A stretch of 64,000 bases of DNA from an uncultured Chitinophagales bacterium (GTDB lineage: Bacteria; Bacteroidota; Rhodothermia; Balneolales; HLUCCA01), in assembly GCA_964550435.1 (NCBI GenBank), contig CAZJZI010000005.1:10713-74712 (forward strand), read 5' to 3'. The position numbers and the translations under genes were made by a program. Position 1 is the first letter of the stretch; every line of letters starts with the position of its first letter. Positions 61,541 through 64,000 of this stretch are shown piece after piece. The notes under the pieces are model-generated. The model saw only the letters and a list, made by a program, of their open reading frames with translations, was not told where the DNA came from and searched no databases.

Positions 61541-62638
61541 TTACTTGAATTTGATTTCGATCTTCTCGGTTGGTGCCAAATTAGAATTTCGACTTGTAAT
61601 CTCTTGAGCTACTTTGAATGCTATCTGAGTAAATACACCATCGGCAGGTTCATCAACGGATACAGGTTTTCCGAAGTCTCCACCCTCTCGAATAGGCTGT
61701 TGAAGTGGAACTTCACCAAGGAAAGGCACTTTTAGAGTGGTTGCCAGATTTCGGGCCCCATCTTTCCCGAAAATGTAATATTTCTTGTCAGGAGCATCAG
61801 GCGGGATGAAATATGCCATGTTTTCAATAATTCCCAAGACTGGGACATTCACTTTTCTGAACATTGTAACTCCTTTTCGGGCATCGTCAAGTGCAACTTC
61901 CTGCGGTGTTGATACTATTACAGCTCCGCTGAGTGGGACCGTTTGCACGATTGTAAGTTGGATGTCCCCAGTTCCGGGAGGCATGTCCAAAACAAGATAA
62001 TCCAGAGGTCCCCAGATTGCTTCTGTTAGAAACTGTTTAACAGCACTGGATACCATAGGTCCACGCCATACAACCGCTTCGTCTGTGTTAACAAGGAATC
62101 CCATAGAAAGCAGTTTTACGCCGTACTTTTCTAACGGAATCAATTTTCGTTGTGTGTTAATATTGGGTCTTTCACCCTGTAATCCGAACATGGTCGGAAC
62201 TGACGGACCATAGATGTCGGTATCAACTAGGCCAACTGATGCGCCCGTTTTTGCTAATGCAACGGCCAGGTTAGCTGCAACAGTAGACTTGCCAACCCCA
62301 CCTTTTCCCGAAGCCACGGCAATAATGTTTTTAACATGTGTTAACATATCGTTTTCGCCAGATGACTGCGCGCCACCACCCGAGGTGGATTTAATGCCAA
62401 TTTTAATCACTGGAACGATGTCTTTGTGAACGAGTTCCCTTATTGCACTTTCACAGGCTTGTTGAATCTGTTGTTTAACTTTATCGGAGGTAGTGGATAA
62501 ATTGACGGTAAGTGAAACAACCATACCATCAATCTGTATGTTTTCAATGGATTTGGTAGATACGAGGTCCTTGCCCAAGTCGGGATCCATTACTACTCGG
62601 AGAGCATCCAGAACCTGTTCAGCATTGATTGTAGTCAT
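61541..62638 (-). CDS. apbC: Fe-S cluster carrier ATPase (Mrp/ApbC/NBP35 family)
   Basis: N-terminal DUF59-like domain, deviant Walker A ASGKGGVGKST, CxxC-free ParA-like core. Confidence 0.9.
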   Translation of the reverse strand: MTTINAEQVLDALRVVMDPDLGKDLVSTKSIENIQIDGMVVSLTVNLSTTSDKVKQQIQQACESAIRELVHKDIVPVIKIGIKSTSGGGAQSSGENDMLTHVKNIIAVASGKGGVGKSTVAANLAVALAKTGASVGLVDTDIYGPSVPTMFGLQGERPNINTQRKLIPLEKYGVKLLSMGFLVNTDEAVVWRGPMVSSAVKQFLTEAIWGPLDYLVLDMPPGTGDIQLTIVQTVPLSGAVIVSTPQEVALDDARKGVTMFRKVNVPVLGIIENMAYFIPPDAPDKKYYIFGKDGARNLATTLKVPFLGEVPLQQPIREGGDFGKPVSVDEPADGVFTQIAFKVAQEITSRNSNLAPTEKIEIKFK

Positions 62639-62800
62639 GAAATAATTCGTTTTAGCAGTTATAATAAAATGGCTATTCTACTGAAAGCTATTCAATAATT
62701 AATTGGGTTTTAAAATACGAAATCCTTTGGTGTAATGTGGGAGAACACAAAAATCGTTCATATAGATGGTAGATGAAAAGTTCATGTAAAGTGGCAGGAA

Positions 62801-63211
62801 ATGATTAAATTTGAGGCACAAATGAACCCACACTCTGATATGTCACGCAGTACTAAAGATTCCATCAAGCACGTTAAGATTCCCACACAAATTCCAGTTC
62901 CTGGTGGTAAGCTCATTGAGGAATTTATTGGGCGAATAAATAGTGGTGATACAAACGTATCAATTGCGCATATGATCGCACCACCAGAATGGGGTGAAGA
63001 ACCACAAACACCTGAATTTGACGAAATAACTATCATGGTGAGGGGAAAAATGCAGATTGAAACTCCAGAAGATACAATAGTACTGTCCGCCGGCGAGGTA
63101 TTTATGGTTAAAAAGGGAATTAAAGTCTGCTATAGCAATCCCTTTAATGAAGAGAATGAATATTGGGCCATCTGTTTTCCTGCATTTTCTGTAGAATTAG
63201 CAGGACGATAA
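62801..63211 (+). CDS. Cupin-domain protein
   Basis: Small beta-barrel-like protein (ITIMVRGKMQIE...GEVFMVKKGIKV) immediately upstream of gcvT. The start is uncertain. Confidence 0.45.
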   Translation: MIKFEAQMNPHSDMSRSTKDSIKHVKIPTQIPVPGGKLIEEFIGRINSGDTNVSIAHMIAPPEWGEEPQTPEFDEITIMVRGKMQIETPEDTIVLSAGEVFMVKKGIKVCYSNPFNEENEYWAICFPAFSVELAGR

Positions 63212-63229
63212 ACACATTAAGTTATACCT

Positions 63230-64000
63230 ATGTTAAAAAGAACTCCATTTTTTGAAGTGCATCAGCATGCTGGTGCCAAATTGATAGACTTTGGTGGATT
63301 TGAAATGCCTGTACAGTATGCCGGAATATTGAAAGAGCATCAGGCAGTACGTGACAGAGCAGGTATGTTTGATGTTTCACACATGGGTGAAATCATGGTT
63401 ACCGGTCCGAAAGCATTGGAATTGGTACAGTATGTGACTGTAAATGATGCGACTAAACTTGCGCCCGGTAAAATTCAGTACTCAGCAATGTGCTATCACA
63501 ATGGTGGAATTGTGGACGACTTGTTGGTTTATAAAATAGAGGAAGAAAAATATCTTCTCGTGGTTAATGCATCCAATAAAGACAAAGATTTGTCATGGAT
63601 CATCGAGCAGAATGAAAACATTGGAGCTCAAATTGAAGATATTTCGGAAAATACATGTCTATTAGCCGTTCAGGGACCCAAATCAGTTGAAGTCCTGCAG
63701 AAACTGACATCGATAAATCTAAGTGAAGTATCTTATTACAGTTTCAGGATAGGTGACTTTGCGGGGTACTCTGATATTATATTGTCCGCAACGGGATATA
63801 CCGGAGAAAAAGGATTTGAAATATACTTTGATGGTACAATGGCAAATCCAACAGAAATTTGGAATAAGATAATTGAAGCAGGTTCTGCTGAAGGACTTGA
63901 ACCAGCTGGACTTGGTGCAAGAGATACGCTACGGCTTGAAATGGGCTTTGCATTGTACGGAAATGACATATCTGCAGAGACTACTCCGCTTGAAGCTGGA
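63230..64000 (+). CDS. gcvT: Aminomethyltransferase (glycine cleavage T protein); 3' end outside the window
   Basis: Absent from the ORF track because there is no stop in the window. I translated from ATG 63230: MLKRTPFFEVHQHAGAKLIDFGGFEMPVQYAGILKEHQAVRDRAGMFDVSHMGEI...GLGARDTLRLEMGFALYGNDI. The frame is open through nt 64000. Confidence 0.9.
   Translation, partial: MLKRTPFFEVHQHAGAKLIDFGGFEMPVQYAGILKEHQAVRDRAGMFDVSHMGEIMVTGPKALELVQYVTVNDATKLAPGKIQYSAMCYHNGGIVDDLLVYKIEEEKYLLVVNASNKDKDLSWIIEQNENIGAQIEDISENTCLLAVQGPKSVEVLQKLTSINLSEVSYYSFRIGDFAGYSDIILSATGYTGEKGFEIYFDGTMANPTEIWNKIIEAGSAEGLEPAGLGARDTLRLEMGFALYGNDISAETTPLEAG

Noticed and set aside
62639-63229. Glycine riboswitch upstream of gcvT
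   Set aside because: gcvT starts 18 nt after the cupin gene. The 160-nt spacer before the cupin gene is AT-rich and shows none of the GGAGAG…CACCG…GGGGCAA-type conserved cores I would expect.

Overview
The window reads as core housekeeping chromosome of an AT-rich bacterium. I infer an FCB-group (Bacteroidota/Balneolota-like) organism from the rpmB-rpmG-DUF4295 synteny and the extended S16; this is not proven. About 65 protein genes and one tRNA-Asp are supported. They cover DNA replication and repair (gyrB-gyrA, uvrA, uvrB, dinB, xth, ruvC-ruvA), translation (ffh-rpsP-rimM-trmD-rplS, rpmB-rpmG, tyrS, dtd, mnmG-rsmG), metabolism (purM, adk, gdh, metH, tyrA, fabI, gcvT, proline dehydrogenase), an 11-gene Mrp-type cation/proton antiporter operon and one two-component system. 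I see no transposases, integrases, CRISPR arrays, toxin-antitoxin pairs or defence-island gene content, and I cannot support a claim of a novel multi-gene system here. The most noteworthy signals are non-coding. (1) The 471-bp purM/dtd spacer holds nine DnaA-box-like 9-mers and is a candidate oriC away from dnaA. (2) Two perfect consensus parS palindromes sit 34 bp apart at the 5' end of rsmG, read in two different frames, while parAB are absent from their usual place after rsmG. Secondary items are the Mbh-like gene order of the Mrp operon (split MrpA, three antiporter-like subunits, an extra 71-aa membrane ORF), an orphan intrinsic terminator suggesting an unannotated sRNA or long 3' UTR, a 19-bp inverted-repeat-bounded element downstream of ruvA, and a C-rich compositional island inside the first gene. 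Product calls rest on my recognition of conserved motifs in the supplied translations. No database search was run.
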